Shown here one piece after another: positions 47,124-56,746 of a DNA stretch of 64,000 nt. A program made the position numbers and the translations under genes. The notes under the pieces are model-generated. The model was given only the letters and a program-made list of their open reading frames with translations, was not told the DNA's origin and searched no databases. Positions within the stretch are counted from its first letter, which is position 1; each line of letters starts with the position of its first letter. The DNA is from Candidatus Nealsonbacteria bacterium DGGOD1a (lineage in GTDB: Bacteria; Patescibacteriota; Minisyncoccia; Minisyncoccales; UBA5738), in assembly GCA_022530585.1 (NCBI GenBank), contig CP092821.1:521525-585524 (forward strand), read 5' to 3'.

Positions 47124-49805
47124 ATGGCACTTCACAAAGATTTTCCAACTTCGCCTTACGAAATTCTTGATCCGGCTATCCGGTGGTTTCCGGCTGATGA
47201 GAATTTGCGCGACAAAGGCTATGAAAAGCTTTTGCCGCCGCTTGTTGCCGAGCTTCGCAAGAAAGTTACCGCTTGGCGTGCGTCTGGTTATGAGGGGTTG
47301 AGCGAAACCAGCAAGGCACTGCTTAACTGGTGGTTTTTGACAGATCATCCCGTTGAGAATAAAGACGGAGAATTATCGCTATTTAGATATTATTTCGCCC
47401 AGCGTGAAGCGGTGGAAACTGTGATTTGGCTTTACGAGGTTGCTAAATCCAGGGATAAATACGATCTTATTCGATATGATAGCTCCGGCGCGGTTTCGGC
47501 GGGAATGTTTGATGAAGATTGGACGCGCTATGTGATTAAAATGGCAACCGGCGCGGGCAAAACCAAGGTTTTGAGCTTGATGTTGGCGTGGAGCTATTTT
47601 CATAAACTATATGAAGCGGATTCCAATTTGGCCCGCAACTTTTTAATTATTACGCCAAATATTATCGTGCTTGATCGTATTCGCACCGATTTTGACGGAT
47701 TAAAAATTTTCTTCCAGGATCCGATATTGCCGGATAATGGATATTGCGGCCAAAACTGGCGCGATGATTTTCAATTAACATTGCATATCCAAGATGAGAT
47801 CGGCACGGTAAGAAAAACTGGAAATATTTTTTTAACGAACATACACCGCGTTTATGAGGGCGCGACCGAAGCGGCGGGATTTGACGATCAAGATACTGCC
47901 GACTATTTCCTGGGAAAGAAACCCGCGGGCGCGACCAATGAATCAAAACTTGATCTTGGCGATATTGTCCGTACTGTGGATGAGTTGGTAATTTTAAATG
48001 ATGAAGCTCATCACATCCATGATCCGCGCTTAGCGTGGTTTAAGTCTGTTGGTGATATTCACAATCGGTTAAAAATGAAGGGTGGGGCATTGTCGTTACA
48101 GATAGATGTTACCGCTACACCCAAACACAACAATGGATCAATTTTTGTGCAAACAGTAAGCGATTATCCGCTGGTTGAGGCCATACATCAAAATGTGGTT
48201 AAGCATCCGGTATTACCCGATTCTGCCAGTCGCGCCAAACTTCAAGAGCATAAATCATCAAACTATACTGAGAAGTATAAAGATTATATCCATCTTGGGT
48301 ATTTAGAATGGCAGAAGGTTTACGAAGAACACAAAAAGCTCGGCAAAAAAGCGGTGCTGTTTGTGATGACCGATGATACGAAAAATTGCGATGATGTGGC
48401 TCAATACCTTGAAAACACCTATCAGGATTTGAAAGGATCGGTTTTAGTAATTCATACGAAAAATAACGGCGAAATTTCCGAAAGCGCAAGCGGTAAAAAA
48501 GAAGAAGAATTGAAAGAATTGCGCCAAGCCGCTAATGCAATCGATTCGATGGAAAGCCCGCATAAAGTTATTGTTTCGGTGTTAATGTTAAAAGAAGGCT
48601 GGGATGTTCGCAATGTAACGACAATTGTCGGGCTTCGCGCTTATGTGGCCCAAAGCAATATTTTGCCGGAACAAACGCTTGGCCGCGGTTTGCGGCGAAT
48701 GTACCGTGACCCGGATTTGCCGGAATTTGTCAGCGTTGTAGGAACGGACGCTTTTATGGACTTTGTGGAATCTATCAAAAACGAAGGTGTTGAACTTGAA
48801 CATCGCAAAATGGGGGAAGGTTCTGGACCAAAGTCGCCCATAGTGGTTGAAATAGATCGGGAAAATCTGAAAAAAGACATTGAGCAATTAGACATTGAAA
48901 TACCGGTATTAACGCCTCGTATCTATCGAGAATATAAAAATCTTTCGGAATTAGTACCGACCAATTTTGATTATAAAAAAATCGAGATTAAAGAATTTAG
49001 CGATGAAGAAAAACGCGAAATCGTTTTCCGCGACATTGCTAGTGGCGAGATCACGCATAAAACCGAATTGGACAGCAATTTTATCCCAAATTACCAAAGC
49101 GCAATCGGTTATTTCGCGCAGGTGATTATGAAAGAGCTTCGTTTGGTCAGCGGCTATGATATTCTTTACGGCAAAGTAAAAGAATTCATCCAGAATTATT
49201 TATTTAACAATCCAATAGCTTTGGATAATCTTAATTCACTTCGCAATCTTTCCGAAATTGAAGCCTCAAGAACCGTTATTGAAACATTCAAGAAAGAGAT
49301 CAATAAATTAACAGTTCTTGATAAAGGCGAAGCTGAAATCCGCGATTATATAAAAATTAGCAAAAGTCGTCCGTTTGTGGTCAAAGATCAGGGATATATC
49401 GTACCCAAAAAGAGCATATTCAATAAAGTTGTTGGCGATAGCCATTTTGAACTCGAATTTGCCAGTTTCCTTGAAAATTGCGAGGACATAACCTCATACG
49501 TTAAAAACTATTTTGCCGTCCATTTTAAGATTGATTATAAAAATGCCGACGGTAATATCTCCGATTATTATCCGGATTTTATCGTTAAGGTGTCGCCAAA
49601 AGAATATTATATCGTGGAAACGAAGGGCCGGGAGGATTTAGACGATATCGAAAAAATAAAGCGTCTTGAGCAATGGTGTACGGACGTGAATGCTAATCAG
49701 AAAAACGCAAAATATCAGATGCTTTATATCAAGCAGGAGGATTGGGAAGCGCAAAGCCAGAAACCGAGGAATTTCAAAGAGGTGATTAGCGGATGGGGCC
49801 AATAA
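47124..49805 (+). CDS. res: Type III restriction enzyme Res subunit (SF2 helicase plus C-terminal PD-ExK nuclease)
   Basis: MATGAGKTKV (motif I), LNDEAHH (DEAH), QTLGRGLR (motif VI), YYPDFIV..YIVETKG endonuclease motif. Confidence 0.85.
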   Translation: MALHKDFPTSPYEILDPAIRWFPADENLRDKGYEKLLPPLVAELRKKVTAWRASGYEGLSETSKALLNWWFLTDHPVENKDGELSLFRYYFAQREAVETVIWLYEVAKSRDKYDLIRYDSSGAVSAGMFDEDWTRYVIKMATGAGKTKVLSLMLAWSYFHKLYEADSNLARNFLIITPNIIVLDRIRTDFDGLKIFFQDPILPDNGYCGQNWRDDFQLTLHIQDEIGTVRKTGNIFLTNIHRVYEGATEAAGFDDQDTADYFLGKKPAGATNESKLDLGDIVRTVDELVILNDEAHHIHDPRLAWFKSVGDIHNRLKMKGGALSLQIDVTATPKHNNGSIFVQTVSDYPLVEAIHQNVVKHPVLPDSASRAKLQEHKSSNYTEKYKDYIHLGYLEWQKVYEEHKKLGKKAVLFVMTDDTKNCDDVAQYLENTYQDLKGSVLVIHTKNNGEISESASGKKEEELKELRQAANAIDSMESPHKVIVSVLMLKEGWDVRNVTTIVGLRAYVAQSNILPEQTLGRGLRRMYRDPDLPEFVSVVGTDAFMDFVESIKNEGVELEHRKMGEGSGPKSPIVVEIDRENLKKDIEQLDIEIPVLTPRIYREYKNLSELVPTNFDYKKIEIKEFSDEEKREIVFRDIASGEITHKTELDSNFIPNYQSAIGYFAQVIMKELRLVSGYDILYGKVKEFIQNYLFNNPIALDNLNSLRNLSEIEASRTVIETFKKEINKLTVLDKGEAEIRDYIKISKSRPFVVKDQGYIVPKKSIFNKVVGDSHFELEFASFLENCEDITSYVKNYFAVHFKIDYKNADGNISDYYPDFIVKVSPKEYYIVETKGREDLDDIEKIKRLEQWCTDVNANQKNAKYQMLYIKQEDWEAQSQKPRNFKEVISGWGQ

Positions 49806-49822
49806 TAGAATAAAGAATATTT

Positions 49823-51871
49823 ATGGATTGGAATAAGATTAAGAGCCTATTTTACCTTTTAATATTCGCCAGCTCTCTTCTGGCGATAAAGTTTTTTTTA
49901 ATAAATAAGGTATTTCCTGGCTTAGAAAGAGACGCTGACATCTGGTTTACGAGCGGACTTTTATTGATAGTTTTTGGAATTTTTATAACGGAAAAGTATT
50001 TTACAAAACCGATTGATGTAATAGTAAACATTCTTACCCTTTTAATCGTACTGCTTACCCTAGACAATAAAAATCATTTTCTTCTTTATTGGCCATTATT
50101 TGCCTACTCGATTATTGTCGCAGGAATAGCTTTTTTATCGTTTTTCTTAATTGATGATTCAAGAGATAAAAATCATATTTCACAAAAGATTGCAAAATCT
50201 TCGGCGATTATTTCTGGATTTTTGGGCAGCTCCAGGATGCTATTCTCGATAGTTTTTATTCTTTCTCTTTTTAGCTATTTTATTCCCTCATTGGAAGGAA
50301 AATCGTTAATAAATTCTGAACAAGTTTCAGTGATTTTATTAATAATATTTTGGGGATTTGCTATTTTAATAGAGCCTATAGATAGAAAGCTTATTCAGCC
50401 ATTTTTCGAATTACTAAATAATAAGGGTAAGATTAAATTGATCGGAAAAATAGCAAAAAGGATTAATCCGGGTATTTTTTATGTAGAGCAATCTCCTAAT
50501 TCGCCAACTTTGAACCAGAATGATGTTGTTTTTCTTGACGATATAAAAAATTCGCACGAATCATTTAAGGATAAATTACCTTTTGCGATATTTATTTCAA
50601 AATTTGAAACTGATAGTGTTAATTATTTACAATTCTGTAGTCTTAACCAAGACGCTAAATTTGATATCAATAAACAAAATTATATTTTTAAATATTCATC
50701 AGAAATAACGGAAGGAATAAAGAATAATGAAATATATAAAAATAAAGAAAATATTATTGGTTTCGTTTCTGATAACTCCGATATTGATATCATAAAAATA
50801 AGGATGATAGATGGCGTTGACGAAAAGAAAGAACTAAGGGAAGGTGATTTATTATCTGTAAATTTTTATAAAAACGCGACCAAATATCAAATAATCAATG
50901 TGGAAACTGATTATGAAAATATTGACGGCCAAAGTAGAAAAGGGATAAAAATTATATCGGCACAACAGATTGGATATTGGAAGGATGACATTCAACGCTT
51001 TTCTGAAGTTGGATGGGTGCCAGACTTAAATTCGCCAGTATTCCTAGAAAATTCCACTGAACAAATACCGGATTTGCCCGGAAATTATTTTAGAGTTGGC
51101 AATGTCCCAAGATCAAAATATCCCATATATATTGATCTTGATGAGGGAGTTTCCCATCATATCGCTATCATTGGAAAAACTGGAACGGGTAAATCATCAA
51201 TGGCAGCGAAGATTATAGAAAAGATGGCAAATAATGGATGCAAGGTCGTTATTTTTGAAGTTGATAGGAATAATAACCAATCACTGTCCAAATATATTGA
51301 TACCACTCTAATCGAAGTCCAAAATTCTACTTCTTTTAATCTAGGGTCAACGACGAAAAATATTGTTTCAATCGCATTTCAAATAACTGCGCCGAGACAA
51401 ACCAGTACTGGGCAAACTAATACTGTTAACTTAAGCGATGATGCTGCTGGTTTGATAGACAACGTAATAGCGTATCAAACGAGTCATCCCGATGAGAAAA
51501 TTTGCGTTGTGATGGAAGAAGCCTATGACTTTATTCCGGAAAATAGTTTTGGTAGTCAAGGTTTCGGTCAGCCATCGGTTAGTCGTATCTCTCAGCAAGT
51601 GTTAAAATGCAGGAAGCATAGCATTGGATTTTTAATAATTACTCAAAGGACGGCATTGGTAACTAAAACTATTTTATATCAATGCCATACAATAGTTGCG
51701 CTTCAATCGTTCGACGAAACTTCCAAAAATTTTATGGGTGCTTATATTAGCAATAATTATTTGGATTCAATGAGCATATTGCCTAAATATAGAGCAATTG
51801 TCGTCGGGAAAGGATCAACATGCGATAGGCCAGTTATTGTTGATTTTTTCCGAAATAATCTGGGAACATAG
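49823..51871 (+). CDS. Membrane-anchored HerA/FtsK-superfamily (DUF87-like) P-loop ATPase
   Basis: About 6 hydrophobic helices in aa 1-190. Then a HAS-barrel-like segment, SHHIAIIGKTGTGKSS Walker A, CVVMEEAYDFIP Walker B, FLIITQRTA.. Confidence 0.65.
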   Translation: MDWNKIKSLFYLLIFASSLLAIKFFLINKVFPGLERDADIWFTSGLLLIVFGIFITEKYFTKPIDVIVNILTLLIVLLTLDNKNHFLLYWPLFAYSIIVAGIAFLSFFLIDDSRDKNHISQKIAKSSAIISGFLGSSRMLFSIVFILSLFSYFIPSLEGKSLINSEQVSVILLIIFWGFAILIEPIDRKLIQPFFELLNNKGKIKLIGKIAKRINPGIFYVEQSPNSPTLNQNDVVFLDDIKNSHESFKDKLPFAIFISKFETDSVNYLQFCSLNQDAKFDINKQNYIFKYSSEITEGIKNNEIYKNKENIIGFVSDNSDIDIIKIRMIDGVDEKKELREGDLLSVNFYKNATKYQIINVETDYENIDGQSRKGIKIISAQQIGYWKDDIQRFSEVGWVPDLNSPVFLENSTEQIPDLPGNYFRVGNVPRSKYPIYIDLDEGVSHHIAIIGKTGTGKSSMAAKIIEKMANNGCKVVIFEVDRNNNQSLSKYIDTTLIEVQNSTSFNLGSTTKNIVSIAFQITAPRQTSTGQTNTVNLSDDAAGLIDNVIAYQTSHPDEKICVVMEEAYDFIPENSFGSQGFGQPSVSRISQQVLKCRKHSIGFLIITQRTALVTKTILYQCHTIVALQSFDETSKNFMGAYISNNYLDSMSILPKYRAIVVGKGSTCDRPVIVDFFRNNLGT

Positions 51872-51872
51872 A

Positions 51873-52391
51873 ATGAATTATTTAGTCGAAGACCTGCTAA
51901 AAATTCATACACCGCACCATTCACAAATTCAATGGCTCATAATGAGATATTTTTCGCGTTTGGGCTATGAAGCCCGGACGGAAAAAGAGATCTGGCGGAA
52001 CCGAAAGGGCCGGATTGATGTGTTTGCCCGGAAGGGCAGCTACTCGGTCGGGATTGAAGTGGACGATTGCTCGATCCGGATGAATTCAATCGAAAAATTA
52101 AACGCACTTAAACCGTCTTTGGCGGTTTTTGTTCTAAAGGAGCGGGTTTTCAATTGGAAAAAAATGTATTCCCGCTTTAAATTATTGTCAGTGAAATCAT
52201 TGATCATCCATTTGCAAAGCGAACAGTATAAATGGGTCTATCCGAACGAGAAAAATTTTTGTAAAATAAATCAAAGCGCGGATATTTACAATAAGCAAAA
52301 TTTTTCAAAGTGCCCAAACACAGATTCAAAAAATACGAGAGGAGCCAAACCCCTCCGAAGTTTAGGATCGGTTCGGCGGACTTCAAAATAA
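51873..52391 (+). CDS. Small restriction-endonuclease-fold (PD-(D/E)xK, DUF559/Vsr-like) protein, putative nuclease partner
   Basis: GRIDVFARKG..VGIEVDDCS..K core. The ATG is 1 nt after the stop of the ATPase gene. Confidence 0.45.
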   Translation: MNYLVEDLLKIHTPHHSQIQWLIMRYFSRLGYEARTEKEIWRNRKGRIDVFARKGSYSVGIEVDDCSIRMNSIEKLNALKPSLAVFVLKERVFNWKKMYSRFKLLSVKSLIIHLQSEQYKWVYPNEKNFCKINQSADIYNKQNFSKCPNTDSKNTRGAKPLRSLGSVRRTSK

Positions 52392-52682
52392 CGGAGAGTT
52401 TGAATCTCTCCGATTCCGCCACTTTTATTGCCATTCCCGCAAAAAAACTCGATAAATGGTTGCCGAGGCGTTGAGGTTTCGTGATTTAAAGAAATGAGGA
52501 TATTTTGGACGGGGATTGTCATCTCCGTATTTTTTTGTTGTAAAATTATCGGAAGGGGATTAAAATATAATAATAGTCGCGAATCCAAAAATAATTTGGC
52601 GTTAAAATAAGCGTGTGTCGACCGCGCTTAATCAATAAAATTAATTGTTATAAAGAAATTAGCAAGGTTTCAATAAAAATTT

Positions 52683-54767
52683 ATGAAAAAAAATAACAAG
52701 GTTTCAGCGGTCGCATTGAGTATCGCGCTTGCGCTTGGTATGGCCGGATTAACCGCTACGCTTGCGGCTACGGATCCGGGTTTGGGAGCGGCGGCAACCT
52801 TTTCCATTATCGCCCAAACGGCGATTACCGGAACGGGCGCTATTTCCGGCGATGTGGGAATAAACAGCACCGGCGCCGGAATCACCGCGTTAACCGCCGG
52901 TGATGTGAGCGGCACAATATACTCTACCGATGGAGTCGCGCCGGGTTTGGCAATTATAAACCCCGCCGTTCAGGCAAATCTTTCAACCGCGAACGACAAC
53001 ATATCCGGTCAAGCTCCAACCGCCAGTATCGGCCCCGTTCTTGATGGTTTGGTTCTCACTCCCGGGGTCTATGATATTGGCGCCGGACGGTTGAATGGCG
53101 GGTCGCTTACTCTTAACGGGCAGGGTATATATATTTTAAAGGCATCAAGCGATTTGGTATCCTCGGGTTCAATTATCTTAACTAACGGCGCGCGGGCTTG
53201 TGATGTGTATTGGCAAGTCAACACTCTGGCAACCATCACCAGCGGTTCATTTGCGGGAACAATTATCGCCGGGACCGGCATTCATTTCGGCAGTGGCGCG
53301 GCTTTGGACGGGAGAGCTTTGGCGTTGGGAGGCGATGTGACACTGCTCAACAACAACATTTCCGGACCGACATGCGCGACCGCTTCTCCTTCCGCCACCG
53401 CCACTCTTCATATCGTCAAGGCGGTGGTCAATAACAACGGCGGCACGGCGGTTGCTTCCGATTTCACGCTCAATGCTACCGGCACAAATGTTTCTTCGGG
53501 TTCTTTTACCGGTTCTGAATCAGGCACAGATATCACATTGGACGCCGGTTCTTACGCGATAACGGAACCGATCGTTCCAACCGGTTATTTGCAATCCGGT
53601 TCCGGCGATTGTTCGGGAACCATCGCGGCCGGCGAAACCAAAACATGTACCATTACCAACGACGATATCGCCCCGCAACTTGTCGTGAATAAAGTCGTTG
53701 TCAACGACAATAGCGGCGCCAAAACCATCTCTGATTTTCCGCTTTTCGTTGACGGCAACAGCGTGGTATCGGGAGTAGCAAACTCAATCGCGATAGGGCC
53801 GCACACGGTTTCCGAAACTCCCGGTTCCGGCTATACGGCCGTCATTGGCGGCGATTGCGCCGCGGACGGCACCATCACTCTCGCGCTGGGCGATGTGAAA
53901 ACTTGCACCATCACCAATAATGACACCGCGCCGGTACCGGCGCCGGCGTCCCAATCAAGCGGCGGAGGTTCATATTATGCCGCCGTTCCGCCTCTTATTG
54001 ATGCGGTGAAGGTGCCAAGCCCTTTGGCTTTGCCGAACGGCTCCGGTACGGTAAAGTACACTTACACGCTTCGCAATATCGGAACGGTTCCGGTGAGTAA
54101 TGTGAAAATGGCGGGCGATACTTGCAGCCCCATCGTTTTGATTTCCGGCGACGCGAACGGCGACGCCAAACTTGATGTAAATGAAATATGGACCTATACT
54201 TGCTCCGCGACACTTTCAAAAACCCACACGAATATTGTCACCGCGACCGGGTGGGCTAACGGCATAAGCGCGACCGATATCGCAAGCGCTACGGTCGTTG
54301 TCGGCGTTCCGGTGGTGCCGCCGCTGATCCATGTGACAAAAGTTCCGAATCCGCTCGCGCTTTCATCCGGAGGCGGAATGGTCACCTACACCAACAAAGT
54401 TACCAACCCGGGAACAGTCGCGTTAAGCAATATCCGGCTCACCGATGATAAATGCAGTCCCGTAAAATATATTTCCGGCGACACGAACGGCGATTCAAAA
54501 CTTGATACCGCCGAAACATGGACATATACTTGCCAAACAAAAATCGCTGAAACTACGGTAAATACCGTTACCGCGAGCGGAGAAGCCAATGGCCTAACAG
54601 CCAAAGATTTTGCGATCGCCACCGTTGTCGCGACCACCGTTCCCAAATTGCCAAACACGGGGATTTCTCCCGATAAAGATAACTCTTTTGGGAATATTAT
54701 TATACCGGCGGGCGTTTTGGCGATTTTAATTTCCCTTTACTTTGTTCGAAGAAAGCAAACAAATTAG
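52683..54767 (+). CDS. LPXTG-anchored surface protein with N-terminal ice-binding-like (DUF3494) domain and Ig-like/conserved-repeat domains
   Basis: Signal peptide. GAAATFSIIAQTAITGTGA..GDVG (DUF3494). Two repeats DxCSP..ISGDxNGDxKLD..ExWTYTC. LPNTG (54648-54662) followed by a TM helix and RRK. Confidence 0.8.
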   Translation: MKKNNKVSAVALSIALALGMAGLTATLAATDPGLGAAATFSIIAQTAITGTGAISGDVGINSTGAGITALTAGDVSGTIYSTDGVAPGLAIINPAVQANLSTANDNISGQAPTASIGPVLDGLVLTPGVYDIGAGRLNGGSLTLNGQGIYILKASSDLVSSGSIILTNGARACDVYWQVNTLATITSGSFAGTIIAGTGIHFGSGAALDGRALALGGDVTLLNNNISGPTCATASPSATATLHIVKAVVNNNGGTAVASDFTLNATGTNVSSGSFTGSESGTDITLDAGSYAITEPIVPTGYLQSGSGDCSGTIAAGETKTCTITNDDIAPQLVVNKVVVNDNSGAKTISDFPLFVDGNSVVSGVANSIAIGPHTVSETPGSGYTAVIGGDCAADGTITLALGDVKTCTITNNDTAPVPAPASQSSGGGSYYAAVPPLIDAVKVPSPLALPNGSGTVKYTYTLRNIGTVPVSNVKMAGDTCSPIVLISGDANGDAKLDVNEIWTYTCSATLSKTHTNIVTATGWANGISATDIASATVVVGVPVVPPLIHVTKVPNPLALSSGGGMVTYTNKVTNPGTVALSNIRLTDDKCSPVKYISGDTNGDSKLDTAETWTYTCQTKIAETTVNTVTASGEANGLTAKDFAIATVVATTVPKLPNTGISPDKDNSFGNIIIPAGVLAILISLYFVRRKQTN

Positions 54768-54849
54768 AAGATATTGGAAGAAAATGGGCAAGCAAATCCC
54801 GGATAAATTTTTATCCGGGATTTGAGGTTATCGAATTTTTGTGAAATAT

Positions 54850-55464
54850 ATGCGCCTGAAAATCCTGTCAAAACGAGCGATGTTGACGGTTGCCCTTTTT
54901 TCGGGGTCTGTTCTGTTCGCGGCCATTCTTTTGCCTCATACCCCAAAAAACTTAATTCATGACGGTTCGGCGTCGCTTATTGAAAATGCCGCCATTCTCT
55001 CAAATGAAGAACCGGCAAGCGTTGAATTGCCGGCGCGCCTTAAAATTCCGACAATTGATGTTGACTCCGCCGTTATTCCGATGGGCCTTACTTCCGACGG
55101 AGCAATGGATGTGCCGAAAAGCCCCACCGAAGTGGCATGGTTCGACCTCGGACTGCGCCCCGGAGAAAATGGCGCCGCCGTTATTGCCGGCCACTACGGC
55201 TGGAAAAACAATACACCGGGGGTATTTGATAATTTATATAAATTGGCCGTAGGCGACAAGATATTCGTTGAAGACGAAAAGGGATCAACCGCGGCTTTTG
55301 TTGTGCGCGAAGTTAAAATATACGGCAAAGATGAGGCCGTTCCGGATGCGTTTGTCTCAAGCGACGGGAAGGCGCATCTCAATCTCGTTACTTGCGCGGG
55401 AGCTTGGGATAAGGCGGAAAAAACCCGTTTCGAGCGGCTCATAGTTTTTACCGACAAAGAATAG
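54850..55464 (+). CDS. Class F-like sortase
   Basis: LKIPTIDVDSAV, AVIAGHYG (His), LNLVTCAG (Cys), RFERLIVF (Arg). Directly downstream of the LPNTG substrate gene. Confidence 0.8.
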   Translation: MRLKILSKRAMLTVALFSGSVLFAAILLPHTPKNLIHDGSASLIENAAILSNEEPASVELPARLKIPTIDVDSAVIPMGLTSDGAMDVPKSPTEVAWFDLGLRPGENGAAVIAGHYGWKNNTPGVFDNLYKLAVGDKIFVEDEKGSTAAFVVREVKIYGKDEAVPDAFVSSDGKAHLNLVTCAGAWDKAEKTRFERLIVFTDKE

Positions 55465-55596
55465 GCTTGGCGTTCGGGATTGGCGAAAAAATGAAGCGGC
55501 CGCGGGAACAATCAAGAATTTGGAAGAAAAATTTTCGGAAAATAATTTTTCCAAAAAAAACACTCCAAAGGAGTGTTTTTCGTATTGTCCGGCGAC

Positions 55597-56502
55597 CTAA
55601 GTTTTAAATATTTCCGTTGAAAGATATTGTTCGCCTCTGTCGGGAAAGATCGTGACGATCGTGCCGCTTTTGGCCTTGCGCGCGTAATTTTGCGCCACCA
55701 GCATGGCCGCGCCGGAACTGATTCCGGCAAAAATACCTTCTTCCATGGTTATGCGGCGCGCCATTTCGCCCGCTTCTTTTTCGCCGATCTCGACAATCGC
55801 ATCAACCAAAACCTTGGAATGGTCGGCGCAAGGCGCGTTGGCGGCCAATACCGGCGCGGGCGCGTTAGTCTCGATTGAAGATCCGCTGCTCCATATTCGG
55901 GGCTGAATGCCGATAACCCGCACTTGCGGATACCGTTCTTTCAGTTGCCGCGCGATACCGGAAATCGTCCCGCCGGTACCGACGCAAGAAATGAAATAAT
56001 CGATCGGCCCGGGTACCTGGCTGATAATTTCCTTGGCGGTGGTGCGATAATGGGCCTGGCAATTTTCCTTGTTGATGTACTGGTTCAAAACCACCAGACC
56101 GGAGTCTTTGGCAACCATTTCGTTAACCATATTGATCGCGCCTTGACGCCACATCTCGGGTTTAACCAATATAACTTTAGCGCCGAATCCGGCGATAACC
56201 CGCCGCCGTTCTTCGCTGGCGGTTTCTGGTGACACAATAATAGTCTTATAGCCCTTGGCCGCGGCCACCATCGCGATTCCCACGCCGGTGTTGCCGTTGG
56301 TAATCTCGATTATCGTTTTATCCTTTGTTAACCGGCCGGTCTTTTCCGCGTCCTCGATCATCGCCAAAGCCACGCGGTCTTTCATTGACCCGCCGGGATT
56401 AAAACCTTCCAGCTTGGCAAATGTCTTCACTTCGGGATTGGGATTCAATTTTTTGATTTCCACCAGCGGCGTGTTTCCGATGGCGCTTAATATTGTATTC
56501 AT
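55597..56502 (-). CDS. PLP-dependent cysteine synthase family protein (CysK/CysM/CBS-like), paralog A
   Basis: IGNTPLVEIKKL, KLEGFNPGGSMKDR (PLP Lys), TNGNTGVG, GTGGTISG. Start placed at MNTILSAIG. Confidence 0.85.
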   Translation of the reverse strand: MNTILSAIGNTPLVEIKKLNPNPEVKTFAKLEGFNPGGSMKDRVALAMIEDAEKTGRLTKDKTIIEITNGNTGVGIAMVAAAKGYKTIIVSPETASEERRRVIAGFGAKVILVKPEMWRQGAINMVNEMVAKDSGLVVLNQYINKENCQAHYRTTAKEIISQVPGPIDYFISCVGTGGTISGIARQLKERYPQVRVIGIQPRIWSSGSSIETNAPAPVLAANAPCADHSKVLVDAIVEIGEKEAGEMARRITMEEGIFAGISSGAAMLVAQNYARKAKSGTIVTIFPDRGEQYLSTEIFKT

Positions 56503-56518
56503 ATTTTTTGATTGTAGT

Positions 56519-56643
56519 AAAAACGCCTCCCGGACAGAGAGGCGCAGATTGGTAGCTGTAATTACCGACAAAAATCCGCCCCCTCAACAGGTGAGAGCAA
56601 AACAAACGCAGATCGATTTTTTGCCGGTATATAAAGTCTTCAT
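56519..56643 (-). promoter_or_regulatory. Leader of paralog A: 19-codon ORF with 3 Cys codons plus terminator (candidate Cys attenuator)
   Basis: Minus-strand ORF 56643-56584, MKTLYTGKKSICVCFALTC*. The stop abuts GGGGGCGG, which is complementary to the terminator 5' arm. Terminator CGCCTC-9nt-GAGGCG-TTTTT at 56544-56519, 16 nt before the start codon. Confidence 0.55.
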
Positions 56644-56746
56644 ATTTCTATTATATTGATTTTATCAAGAAAGATTTGATTTTGTCAATGCTTGCGTGCT
56701 TGTTGTTCTTGTATGCTCCGCGATTCCCCCGCAATTTCTTTCGCGG

